From NCBI GenBank assembly GCA_963790025.1, contig CAWBMP010000004.1:224001-288000 (forward strand): a DNA stretch of 64,000 nucleotides, read 5' to 3'. The position numbers and the translations under genes were made by a program. The notes beneath the pieces were generated by a model, which had not been told where the DNA came from, searched no databases, and was given only the letters and a program-made list of their open reading frames with translations. The DNA comes from Nitrospirota bacterium. Its GTDB lineage: Bacteria > Nitrospirota > Thermodesulfovibrionia > Thermodesulfovibrionales > Dissulfurispiraceae. Below, in pieces: positions 30,767 to 39,658 of this stretch (positions are counted from its first letter, which is position 1; each line of letters starts with the position of its first letter).

Positions 30767-32410
30767 TCAGCAGTCGACCTGCCAGGAATCAAGCTCCCCT
30801 TGGGCATATTCCAGGTAAATTTTTTCCTGCATGAACAACTCAAGTATGTCCCCGTCTATCTTACCGTCTTCCTTCATAGATCCAAGAATATTTAGGGCCT
30901 GTGAAACATGCATTGGTTTTCTGTAAGGGCGGTCACTTGCCGTTAATGCCTCGAATATGTCGGCAATAGCGATGATCCTGGAAGGTATGGGCAATCCTTC
31001 GGCCTTTAAGCCGAACGGATAGCCGGTGCCATCAAGTTTTTCATGATGTGCCGCGGCATACACCGGAACGTTTTTAAGTTTCTTGGGTAATGGCAGACTT
31101 TCCAGCATTTTGAATGTCACAAGGGCATGATTTTCAATCACTTTTCTTTCTTCGGCAGTCAGCGAGCCTTGCCTGATCGAGAGGTTTGACACTTCATCTT
31201 CAGTAAGATACGGCACATCCCGGCCATTGCAATTCCAATTATTGGAGGCGATCTTTTTGAGCCTGTCGATTTTCGCATCATCCATAAACTCGCCCGGTTG
31301 ATTGCAGTTCAGAACAAACTTCTCCTCTTCAACGAGAGAATTGCACTCCTGTTCGCATCTCCCGTCTATCTCCTCAAATTCTTTTACATGCGCTCCCGCG
31401 GCTTTGTAAACTTTGAGTTTGTCTTCAAGCGCCCTGATTCTAGCATCTCTTTTGAAGACTTCATATTTTAAGGTTATCATGTGCGCCATATCGAATATCT
31501 TCTCAAGTTTGGTGGACTTATCTGCCACATGCTCGGGCGTGACGATCTTTCCAATATCATGCAGCCATGAAGCAATGCTCAGTTCTTTAAGCTCTTCTTT
31601 ATTCATTGAGAAGTCTTTGAACGGTCCCTCGGTCTTTTTACTCATGCACACGGCAATGCTCATGGCAAGTTTCTGCACTCTCTCAATATGGCCCGCCGTA
31701 TAATGCGATTTCTCATCTATTGCAAGAGCAATAGTCCTTATAAAAGAATCGAAAAGGTTCTCCATGTCTCTATACAGTTTTACATTAGATATTGCGACAG
31801 CAGCCTGTGAAGAGAGGGATGCTATCAGATCAATATGGTCCTTTAAAAAGGGGACTGCCCTGTGCGTTGCGGGATCAATGGCGTTGATTAGCTGCAAGAC
31901 ACCGATAATCTCATCTTCCTTGTTTTTCATCGGGATTACGAGCATGGATTCCGAGCGGTAGCCCGTGACTGAATCATATTTTCGGGTACCCGAAAAATCG
32001 AAACCATCCGCCGCATAGACATCGGGGATGTTGACCGTCTTGCCGGTGATCGCCACGTAGGATGAGACATTGGAAAAATTTGGGCCATCTTCTTTTTGCA
32101 AAGGCACAGGCGGCCATGTGATCGGTCCCGCGGTACCGCCCATTCTTGTTTTCAATGTGTCGTTCTGGATTATTGTAAACTCGAGGCAGTGATTTTCTTC
32201 GTTCATAATGTAGAGCGTACCTGCATCCGCTCCTGAAAATAGCCGCGCATAGCTTATTATGGCCTCGAGAAGGTGTTCAAGATTTTTTTCAGCTGAAAGG
32301 GCGATACCGATCTCGGAAAGTTTCCTCACAAGAGATTCATTGTCCGAATACTTCACTCCCGGTCCTTCCCTGTTTGAGGTAGTGTCAATTTCTTTTTTAT
32401 GAATTCCCAT
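30767..32410 (-). CDS. GAF + HD-GYP cyclic nucleotide phosphodiesterase
   Basis: GAF (ADAGTLY, VNIPDVY, GVLQLIN), TAGHIERV, WLHDIGK, a long insertion, then HHEKLDGTGYP and ADIFEALTASDRPY. Confidence 0.92.
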   Translation of the reverse strand: MGIHKKEIDTTSNREGPGVKYSDNESLVRKLSEIGIALSAEKNLEHLLEAIISYARLFSGADAGTLYIMNEENHCLEFTIIQNDTLKTRMGGTAGPITWPPVPLQKEDGPNFSNVSSYVAITGKTVNIPDVYAADGFDFSGTRKYDSVTGYRSESMLVIPMKNKEDEIIGVLQLINAIDPATHRAVPFLKDHIDLIASLSSQAAVAISNVKLYRDMENLFDSFIRTIALAIDEKSHYTAGHIERVQKLAMSIAVCMSKKTEGPFKDFSMNKEELKELSIASWLHDIGKIVTPEHVADKSTKLEKIFDMAHMITLKYEVFKRDARIRALEDKLKVYKAAGAHVKEFEEIDGRCEQECNSLVEEEKFVLNCNQPGEFMDDAKIDRLKKIASNNWNCNGRDVPYLTEDEVSNLSIRQGSLTAEERKVIENHALVTFKMLESLPLPKKLKNVPVYAAAHHEKLDGTGYPFGLKAEGLPIPSRIIAIADIFEALTASDRPYRKPMHVSQALNILGSMKEDGKIDGDILELFMQEKIYLEYAQGELDSWQVDC

Positions 32411-32630
32411 AATCCTCCCCCGATGCGGTTATTTTACGAGGATACCGGAAAAATGTCCAGCGTCTGATGGCGAAGCATTTTGCCGGCTATGTAATATTAA
32501 AATTCTTCCCCGCTCGGCAAGAATGCCCGTCCATAAGACTGGTGTGCCTGACAATATTCTTCTCAAAATAACAGGGAATTGTGGTAAAATCCGCGCATAT
32601 AATAAGATTTTTCCCGGGGGAAGGAGTTTT

Positions 32631-34727
32631 ATGGGGATTTATAAGCGAGCGCTGCCCATTGGAATCTGCATTGCTGCAACGTTATTTTTTTCGTTGCATG
32701 CCGCCCGTCTCGTTAATGTCGATTTCATGGACCGGCTGGAAGCTTTGAGTTACGACCTCCGGCTCAATCTTACCCTGCCCCATTCACATAATTCCAAAAT
32801 CGTCATAGTCGACATAGATGAAAAAAGCCTTTCCGAAGAAGGGCGCTGGCCCTGGAGCCGCAACAAATTGGCATTGCTGGTGGCCAATTTGTTGCGCCAT
32901 AATGCGGCAGTCATCGGCTTAGACGTTGTTTTTGCGGAAAAGGATGAAAGTTCAGGGTTAAAAACATTGGAGCAGTTGGGCAAAAAAGAACTGCACGGTG
33001 ACGAGGCGTTCCAGAACAACTTGAGGAGAATCAGGGACCGGATGGACTATGATAATGTTTTTGCCCGCCTGATTAAGGGCAAGCCCGTAGTGCTTGGCTA
33101 CTATTTCACGCATTACGCGGATAAAAGCAGGGAGCGTGTCAGCGGGCAATTGCCTCCAACGGTTTTCCCTTCCGGGGCATTTGAGGGGATGAACATCCCT
33201 TTTGTGAAAATGACCGGATACGGAGCAAACCTGCCAAAACTGCAGGACAATGCGATGAGCGCCGGACATTTCAATCAATTGCCCGATGCCGATGGCGTTG
33301 TAAGGCGCATCCCGATGATTATCGAATACAACGGCTCTTATTACGAATCCCTCTCGCTGGCTGTTGTTCGCGCCCTCTTCGGCAGTCCTTCTCTAAAGCC
33401 GGGGCTCGTTTCTTCGGGTGGGGGCGGTTCCGCTTATAAGAGGATTGAATGGCTGCAAACGAGTGATCTCAGGATCCCGGTGGATGAGCGTATTACTTCT
33501 TTGATTCCATATGCCGGAGGACAGGGAAGTTTCCCGTATATATCCGCCGCGGACGTTTTGCGTGACAGCATAAAAACAGATGTCCTTGAAGGGGCCATAG
33601 TTTTGGTCGGCACCACCTCCCCGGGATTAATGGACCTGCGCTCCACTCCGGTGCAGGCCGTTTATCCTGGTGTGGAGGTGCAAGCCAACATGATCGCAGG
33701 AATCCTCGATCAAAATATCAGGAAGAAGCCTGCCTATACTATGGGAGCAGAGCTATTGGCGCTGCTGTCGACAGGCTTGTTGCTCTCTTTCTTGTTGCCC
33801 TATCTCAGTCCGTTAAAAGCGACCCTGGTCGGCTTTCTCGCGGCGGCGTGTGTAATAGCGATAAACATGTGGGCATGGAAGAACAACCTGGTGTTGCCGC
33901 TTGCGTCCTCGGTTATCAATATATCGTTTATCTTTATTCTTAATATGTCGTATGGCTTTTTTATCGAGACCGGAGCAAAGCGCAGGATCAAGGCGATGTT
34001 CTCAAGCTATGTTACCGAACGGATAGTTAACGAGCTGATCAAAAATCCTGATATGGCGAAACTGGGGGGAGAGCGAAGGGAAATAACGATTCTGTTCTCC
34101 GATGTAAAAGGGTTTACCAGTTTTTCTGAAAAGCATACGCCTGAGGAAGTCGTTTCCATACTGAATGAATACCTGGGAGCCATGACAGGCGTCGTGTTCA
34201 AATGGGAGGGCACGCTCGACAAGTTTATCGGAGACGCTATCCTCGTATTCTGGAGCGCGCCGATGCACCAGGAAAACCATGCTGAACTGGCGGTGAAATG
34301 CGCTCTCGACATGGTCGGGACGCTGGGACAGCTCAGGCAAAAATGGCTTTCCGAAGGGAAAGCGTCCCTTGATTGCGGAATTGGCATCAATACAGGAGAG
34401 GTCATTGTCGGCAATATAGGAGCCGAAGGGAAGAAAATGGATTACACTATTATCGGCGACCACGTAAACCTGAGTTCACGTGTCGAATCCCTCACCAGGA
34501 AATATAACGTGGATATCCTGATCACAGAATTCACCCTTCAGAAAATCAGGGAAAAAATAGAAAGCAAGTCCCTCGCCCATGTATCGGTAAAGGGCATTGA
34601 AAAGGTTGTAGTAAAAGGGAAAGAAAAACCTGTGGAGATTTACGAGCTGACCTCGCTCGAAGGTGGGAAAGACTCGGTCATTACCAGTCCCGTCGAAAAA
34701 ACGGTCGTTGTGCTGAAAGATAAATAG
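32631..34727 (+). CDS. CHASE2-domain class III adenylate cyclase
   Basis: TM-CHASE2 (IVDIDEKS, GRWPWSR, D.DGVVRR, PGVEV)-3TM-cyclase (FSDVKGFT, DKFIGDA, DYTIIGDHVNLSSR). The Lys/Thr specificity pair points to ATP. AAGGAG RBS. Confidence 0.94.
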   Translation: MGIYKRALPIGICIAATLFFSLHAARLVNVDFMDRLEALSYDLRLNLTLPHSHNSKIVIVDIDEKSLSEEGRWPWSRNKLALLVANLLRHNAAVIGLDVVFAEKDESSGLKTLEQLGKKELHGDEAFQNNLRRIRDRMDYDNVFARLIKGKPVVLGYYFTHYADKSRERVSGQLPPTVFPSGAFEGMNIPFVKMTGYGANLPKLQDNAMSAGHFNQLPDADGVVRRIPMIIEYNGSYYESLSLAVVRALFGSPSLKPGLVSSGGGGSAYKRIEWLQTSDLRIPVDERITSLIPYAGGQGSFPYISAADVLRDSIKTDVLEGAIVLVGTTSPGLMDLRSTPVQAVYPGVEVQANMIAGILDQNIRKKPAYTMGAELLALLSTGLLLSFLLPYLSPLKATLVGFLAAACVIAINMWAWKNNLVLPLASSVINISFIFILNMSYGFFIETGAKRRIKAMFSSYVTERIVNELIKNPDMAKLGGERREITILFSDVKGFTSFSEKHTPEEVVSILNEYLGAMTGVVFKWEGTLDKFIGDAILVFWSAPMHQENHAELAVKCALDMVGTLGQLRQKWLSEGKASLDCGIGINTGEVIVGNIGAEGKKMDYTIIGDHVNLSSRVESLTRKYNVDILITEFTLQKIREKIESKSLAHVSVKGIEKVVVKGKEKPVEIYELTSLEGGKDSVITSPVEKTVVVLKDK

Positions 34728-34739
34728 CCGGAAATTGAG

Positions 34740-37535
34740 TCACCAGGCAATAAAAAGCAGGACATATAACGATGCCAGAAACAATGCGGGACAACGCTGC
34801 AAAATGCTTATTTTTACCGGGCCGGACACCGGGGCATTCTTCCGAATAAGCCTTTTCAGTACAGCAAAAGAACCTATCAGCCCTGCCAAAACGAAGCTTA
34901 ACTGGAAGAATCTTGTCAACTGGGAAGATACTATCGGTCCTGACAGACCGGAAGAGAAACCTGTCTGGTGACCAAGTACATTAATAAACTGGGGGCCCAG
35001 GCTGAGCATCCTATGCAGATGAAAGCCCGTCTCAAAAGCGACAGCGAGAGGCAGCAGGGCGTAGACAAGAAGATGCGCCTGTGATTCTCCGCTTTCAGGT
35101 TTTACAGGAATGATCTTTTTACCGGCGGCTTCGATCAAAAACCAAAGCAGCACGCATTCGAATGCAAGAAAGAGAAAAGAGAAAAACCACCATTGCGACC
35201 TCGGGATTTCAATAACCGAGAAAGCCCCTGCATGTTCAAGACCGCGAAAGATCTGAGTGCTTATCAGCACAAGGCCAAGCACAACAGTGCTTCTGTCCGT
35301 TTTACCGATTGTCCAGAGTTCCTGGCCGGGAGGCCGCAGGTTCAACACCGGTGAATTGTTAGGACAGATTTTAAAACAATTGCCGCAAAGCACGCAATTC
35401 TGATTGGATCGAAGAGAGAAAGGCGCCTCGAATACAGGACATCCCTGCTTTGTCTGTCCGCCGGCATAACAATCGAGTTTTGTACAGCTGTTTGTACAGA
35501 TATGATAATTGGAGCGGAGTTCCACAACTGAGCAGGAAGACAGGACTCCGACCATCCCTCCCAGCGGACAAAGATAGCGGCACCACGCCCGCCTCTGGAA
35601 CAGCAGGCCGGTCAAAACAGCGAGCAGTATGATTACAGATAAAAATATAGAGGTTGCAATCGGCGAAGATATCATGCCCGAGGCTGACTCTGACCAGAAG
35701 ATCAATGCAAGGCCGCCAGAGCTGAAATAATAACCATGCTTACGAATGAAAAGCGGGACCCGCTTTTTCAAGCCTGTTAACTTCGAGAGCAGGCCGCTGA
35801 GAGCTCCTACCGGACAGACAGCGCACCATATCCTTGCGGCAAACAAACTGCTCACTACCACGAGCGGCTCCCAGAATCCCCAAACAAGGATCAAAATAAT
35901 GTTTTTCGTGGAAGACTGGCTGCCGAGAAAGCCCAGCGCAATAATCAAAGCGATAAAGGGGGCAATAGATAATTGTACAGCCGTTGGGAATGCCTTGCTC
36001 TTCAGCATCCCGCCGACTTCGGAGACCTGCATCAGGTTAAAGGATAGCTGTCCCGTTACAGGAGGGGGGCCGATAAAAATATGCTCAACCGCCAGGGTGC
36101 TGTCTTTTGCAATACTGACCGCCCTCCTGATTACGACATTCAGCTCCTCCATATTGCCTGGCCAATCATAGGCCATGATCGCCTGATATGCCTCTTCATC
36201 GATTTCCCTGATTATCTTGCCTGATAGTCCGGCATTGAGGTCCAGAAGACCACGTATGATATCCTTCATGTCTTTTTTTCTCTTTCTGAGAGGAGGGACC
36301 TCGAGTATACGGCCGGAGAGAATATCATAGAGCCCCTCATCAAAGACGCCTGTATTCACCGCATCCGCAAGATCGATATGCGAGGTCGCGATAATACGGG
36401 CGTTGGACGAATAGCTGGAAGTTTCCCCGAGGGGGTGAAACCGGCCGGTTTCAACAAATATTCTTATCGCTGCTTGTGCCCCCGGTGAAAGATAATCTAT
36501 GTTCTCAATAATCACAGTGCCGTCTTCTACAAGCTGAAGCAAGCCAAGGCGCTTCCCCGTAGAAAATGGAAAAAAGCCTTCTGCCCTTCCAAACAGGACC
36601 GTAAGCTGTGCCAGTTCAAGCCGGCTGCTCTCTCCGCCGGCATCTGAAATCAATTCTTCAGATGCCCGGACAGTCTTGGCATCCATGCTGAGAAGCGGTT
36701 TCCCTGAGCCTTTGCCCATGTTATGCAAGAGTCTTGCTGCATCCCATAGCTCCGTCCCCGGCTCACCCGTGATCAGGGCCGGCTGCTTGCTTCCCGCAGC
36801 AGACTTAATCCCGGCTACCAGCTTCCTTATGAGCGGACTGTTCCCGGCAATCTTTCGTTCGTCCCTTGCCATCTGCTCTGTAATGAACCGCCTGTATGCC
36901 TTCTCGTCAGAGTAGGTTTCGACGGCCTTCGTATTACCGAGGGATATACGTTCTGAAAGCACACGTATAAATGCCCGTGAAGCAGCGGGACAGGATACAA
37001 GCAACTCATTAAAGAGTTCTCTGTGAATGGCTATAAGTGACGTTCTTTCAATTGTCATGACTGAGGCTGATCTGGGTTCACCGGTCAGAAGGGCCATTTC
37101 ACCAAACCCTTCAGCCGTGCCAAGGGTTGCAAGAGGCACGACCGCGTCAGAACCTGATTTTGTGCTCACAAGAACTTTGCCTGAAACAACAATGTAATAG
37201 TTATCGGCCTCGTCAAACTGCTCAAATATAGCTGTGTTTTCAGGGTAGATCAGATGCCGCGAGTTGAAAGCTATCCATGCAATGGTTTCTGGAGGCATCG
37301 ATTCAAAGAGTTCCATAGCTGCAAGCAGGGCCTCTCTCTGTTTCTGCAGGCAGGCTGCAAGGTCGTCTTCCCCTATCCATCCCTGCTCCAGGCATATTTC
37401 GCCAACTGTCTTGTGTATCCCCTGGGTTATCAAGTCGGACTGGATTTCAAGCGCCTTCTTCAGGCTTTCATGGCGGCCACTCAGTTTTTCGACAAGATAA
37501 TAGCCGATATTTTTTACAGGTCTATTTCTTTCCAT
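34740..37535 (-). CDS. Multidomain membrane protein: MshEN-like, cNMP-binding, degenerate sigma54-type AAA+, 4Fe-4S membrane (NapH/YccM-like) domain
   Basis: VGEICLEQGWI..DDL...L..Q; FGEMALLTGEPRSASV; GEPGTEL, VPPLRKRKKD, YDWPGNMEEL; RIWCAVCP, RAWCRYLCP and CVLCGNCFKICP; many TM. Confidence 0.85.
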   Translation of the reverse strand: MERNRPVKNIGYYLVEKLSGRHESLKKALEIQSDLITQGIHKTVGEICLEQGWIGEDDLAACLQKQREALLAAMELFESMPPETIAWIAFNSRHLIYPENTAIFEQFDEADNYYIVVSGKVLVSTKSGSDAVVPLATLGTAEGFGEMALLTGEPRSASVMTIERTSLIAIHRELFNELLVSCPAASRAFIRVLSERISLGNTKAVETYSDEKAYRRFITEQMARDERKIAGNSPLIRKLVAGIKSAAGSKQPALITGEPGTELWDAARLLHNMGKGSGKPLLSMDAKTVRASEELISDAGGESSRLELAQLTVLFGRAEGFFPFSTGKRLGLLQLVEDGTVIIENIDYLSPGAQAAIRIFVETGRFHPLGETSSYSSNARIIATSHIDLADAVNTGVFDEGLYDILSGRILEVPPLRKRKKDMKDIIRGLLDLNAGLSGKIIREIDEEAYQAIMAYDWPGNMEELNVVIRRAVSIAKDSTLAVEHIFIGPPPVTGQLSFNLMQVSEVGGMLKSKAFPTAVQLSIAPFIALIIALGFLGSQSSTKNIILILVWGFWEPLVVVSSLFAARIWCAVCPVGALSGLLSKLTGLKKRVPLFIRKHGYYFSSGGLALIFWSESASGMISSPIATSIFLSVIILLAVLTGLLFQRRAWCRYLCPLGGMVGVLSSCSVVELRSNYHICTNSCTKLDCYAGGQTKQGCPVFEAPFSLRSNQNCVLCGNCFKICPNNSPVLNLRPPGQELWTIGKTDRSTVVLGLVLISTQIFRGLEHAGAFSVIEIPRSQWWFFSFLFLAFECVLLWFLIEAAGKKIIPVKPESGESQAHLLVYALLPLAVAFETGFHLHRMLSLGPQFINVLGHQTGFSSGLSGPIVSSQLTRFFQLSFVLAGLIGSFAVLKRLIRKNAPVSGPVKISILQRCPALFLASLYVLLFIAW

Positions 37536-37705
37536 ATTGATTTCCTGTTTATAATGAAAAAACTTCGACCCTGACAGCCCAAATCTTGCCATAACGACCC
37601 AGTGGTTTGCAACATTATAACGCATTACCCGATTTAAATAAAAAGGCCGGACGGGGTCCGGCTTGTCTATGGAGCAAGTTGGTAAATTTGACAATGCGAT
37701 AATTT

Positions 37706-37724
37706 TGGTATGACCTGGTATGAC
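37706..37724. promoter_or_regulatory. Direct repeat TGGTATGAC x2, candidate operator in a divergent promoter region
   Basis: TGGTATGAC-c-TGGTATGAC with 10-bp period, 12 nt downstream of TTGACA (37688). Confidence 0.4.
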
Positions 37725-37806
37725 ATAGGAAAGTTATTAGGTGTATTAAATGGTTGTATTTTTTATTTTAATTTGCTATTTTATATTGTTCTTAAAGGGG
37801 CAAAAA

Positions 37807-39654
37807 ATGGCGCTCGATTTAGGGTTTTATTCAGGTAAATTATGTACCGCACAGGAAGCAGTTGCCACGATAAAGCCGGGCAGTCAGATATTTGTGGGGA
37901 CTGCATGCGCTACACCCCGCGCGCTTCTCAGTGCACTGGAATCCCTTGAAAATGCTCCTGACGATGTTACTATTTTTTCTTTCCTGACAAATGGAGCTGT
38001 CCCCATTGAGAATGGCCGGCCCTTATCCAAATACAAGCATAAATGTTTTTTTGTCGGGAGCGATCACAGGGAGGCAATTCAGGAGGGATTCGCCGAGTAC
38101 ATACCCATCTCGCTTGCACAAGTGCCCTCATTGATCGAAAACGGTCGTTTTCGTATAGATACAGCTTTTATTCAGGTCTCGGCTCCGGACCGTAATGGTT
38201 ATGTAAGCTTGGGCGTATCTGTGGACATAACTCTTTCAGCCGTCCGGAACGCGAAGCGCGTTATCGCTGAAGTGAACCCCGGCATGCCCTTCACGTTCGG
38301 CGATTCGATGATTCACCTCGACCAAATTGAACGTCTTGTAGTTCAGGACGCTCCCATGATTGAATATGTCCATCCGCCTATCAATGCAGTTGCTCGGCAA
38401 GTGGCATCCTATATAGCCGGCATTATAGAGGATGAATCTACGCTGCAAATCGGACTTGGCAGAATACCCAACGAAGCGCTTCGTTATCTCACAAAGCGTC
38501 GCGATCTCGGTATCCATTCGGACGTGATTACTCATGTTCTGTCTGATCTCATCGAACAGGGTATTGTTACCGGGCGTAAAAAAACACTTCATCGTGACAA
38601 GGTTGTCACAAGCTATTGCCTGGGAACAAAGCAGTTCTATGACCTCATACATATGAACCCGATGTTCGAGTTCCGCCCCATAGAGTATGTTTGCGATCCG
38701 CTTATAATTGCCCGCAACCGTCGCATGGTATCGGTCACCCAGGCATTTGCAATTGACCTTACCGGCCAGATATGTACTGATCAGTTGGGAGGGAGGTTTT
38801 ATGGCGGAGTCTCGACGCAGCCTGATTTTCTCCGTGGGGCAGCCAGGTCAAAGGGAGGCAAACCGATTGTCTGTATGTGCTCCACTGACGATAGCGGCGC
38901 GTCCAACATTCGCCCGCAGTTGTTTCCGGAAGAAGGAGCAGGTGTCTCCAGGTCCGATATCCATTATGTGATTACCGAATACGGCGTAACGTATCTTTTC
39001 GGCAAGTCCGTCCGGGAACGGGCACTGTCACTCATCGAAATTGCACATCCCGATCATCGTCCCATGTTACTGGAAGAAGCCAAACGCCTCGGATACATAC
39101 CTGTTTCTCAGACCCTCAAATCGCACTACGCGTACGAAATAGAGGTTGAACGCACTGTAACGCTTAAAAATGGCAAAGAAGTTCTGATCCGTCCGGCACG
39201 TGCAAGCGACAGCAGCAACATCACAAAGTTATTCCATGCGCTTACTGAAGATGACATTTACACCCGTTTTTTCAGCAGACTTAAGACCCTTTCATTCATG
39301 CAGACACAGCAGCTTTGCAATGTCAATTTTGAGGACGAGGCGGCTTTTATTGCAGCTTTTGGAGAGCGTGAGAACGAAGAGATTGCAGGAAGTTCCTGCT
39401 ACTTCCTGAATCCTTCGACAAACATTGCCGAAGTGGGATACATGGTTGCCAGGGAATGGCAGGGCAGCGGGCTGGGGACTGCTCTGCAAAATCATATGAG
39501 GGATTACGCTATTAAAAAGGGCATCCGGGGTTTTAAGGCTGAAGTCCTGAGCTCAAACACCAGGATGATAGCGCTGGCCCAGCGCGTCGGTGAAAATGTT
39601 AAGATAACTCGTGCTTACGATACCCATGAGATCACCGTCTATTTCGACAAGTGA
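37807..39654 (+). CDS. Acetyl-CoA hydrolase/transferase-family domain fused to a GNAT acetyltransferase
   Basis: TLQIGLGRIP, DLGIHSD, IDLTGQ and DFLRGAARSKGG; C-terminal GNAT (YTRFF, AEVGYMV..WQGSGLGTAL). Confidence 0.9.
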   Translation: MALDLGFYSGKLCTAQEAVATIKPGSQIFVGTACATPRALLSALESLENAPDDVTIFSFLTNGAVPIENGRPLSKYKHKCFFVGSDHREAIQEGFAEYIPISLAQVPSLIENGRFRIDTAFIQVSAPDRNGYVSLGVSVDITLSAVRNAKRVIAEVNPGMPFTFGDSMIHLDQIERLVVQDAPMIEYVHPPINAVARQVASYIAGIIEDESTLQIGLGRIPNEALRYLTKRRDLGIHSDVITHVLSDLIEQGIVTGRKKTLHRDKVVTSYCLGTKQFYDLIHMNPMFEFRPIEYVCDPLIIARNRRMVSVTQAFAIDLTGQICTDQLGGRFYGGVSTQPDFLRGAARSKGGKPIVCMCSTDDSGASNIRPQLFPEEGAGVSRSDIHYVITEYGVTYLFGKSVRERALSLIEIAHPDHRPMLLEEAKRLGYIPVSQTLKSHYAYEIEVERTVTLKNGKEVLIRPARASDSSNITKLFHALTEDDIYTRFFSRLKTLSFMQTQQLCNVNFEDEAAFIAAFGERENEEIAGSSCYFLNPSTNIAEVGYMVAREWQGSGLGTALQNHMRDYAIKKGIRGFKAEVLSSNTRMIALAQRVGENVKITRAYDTHEITVYFDK

Positions 39655-39658
39655 ATAA

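Noticed and set aside
34740..37535. Calling this protein a sigma54 transcriptional activator
   Set aside because: The Walker A Lys, GAFTGA loop and HTH are all missing.
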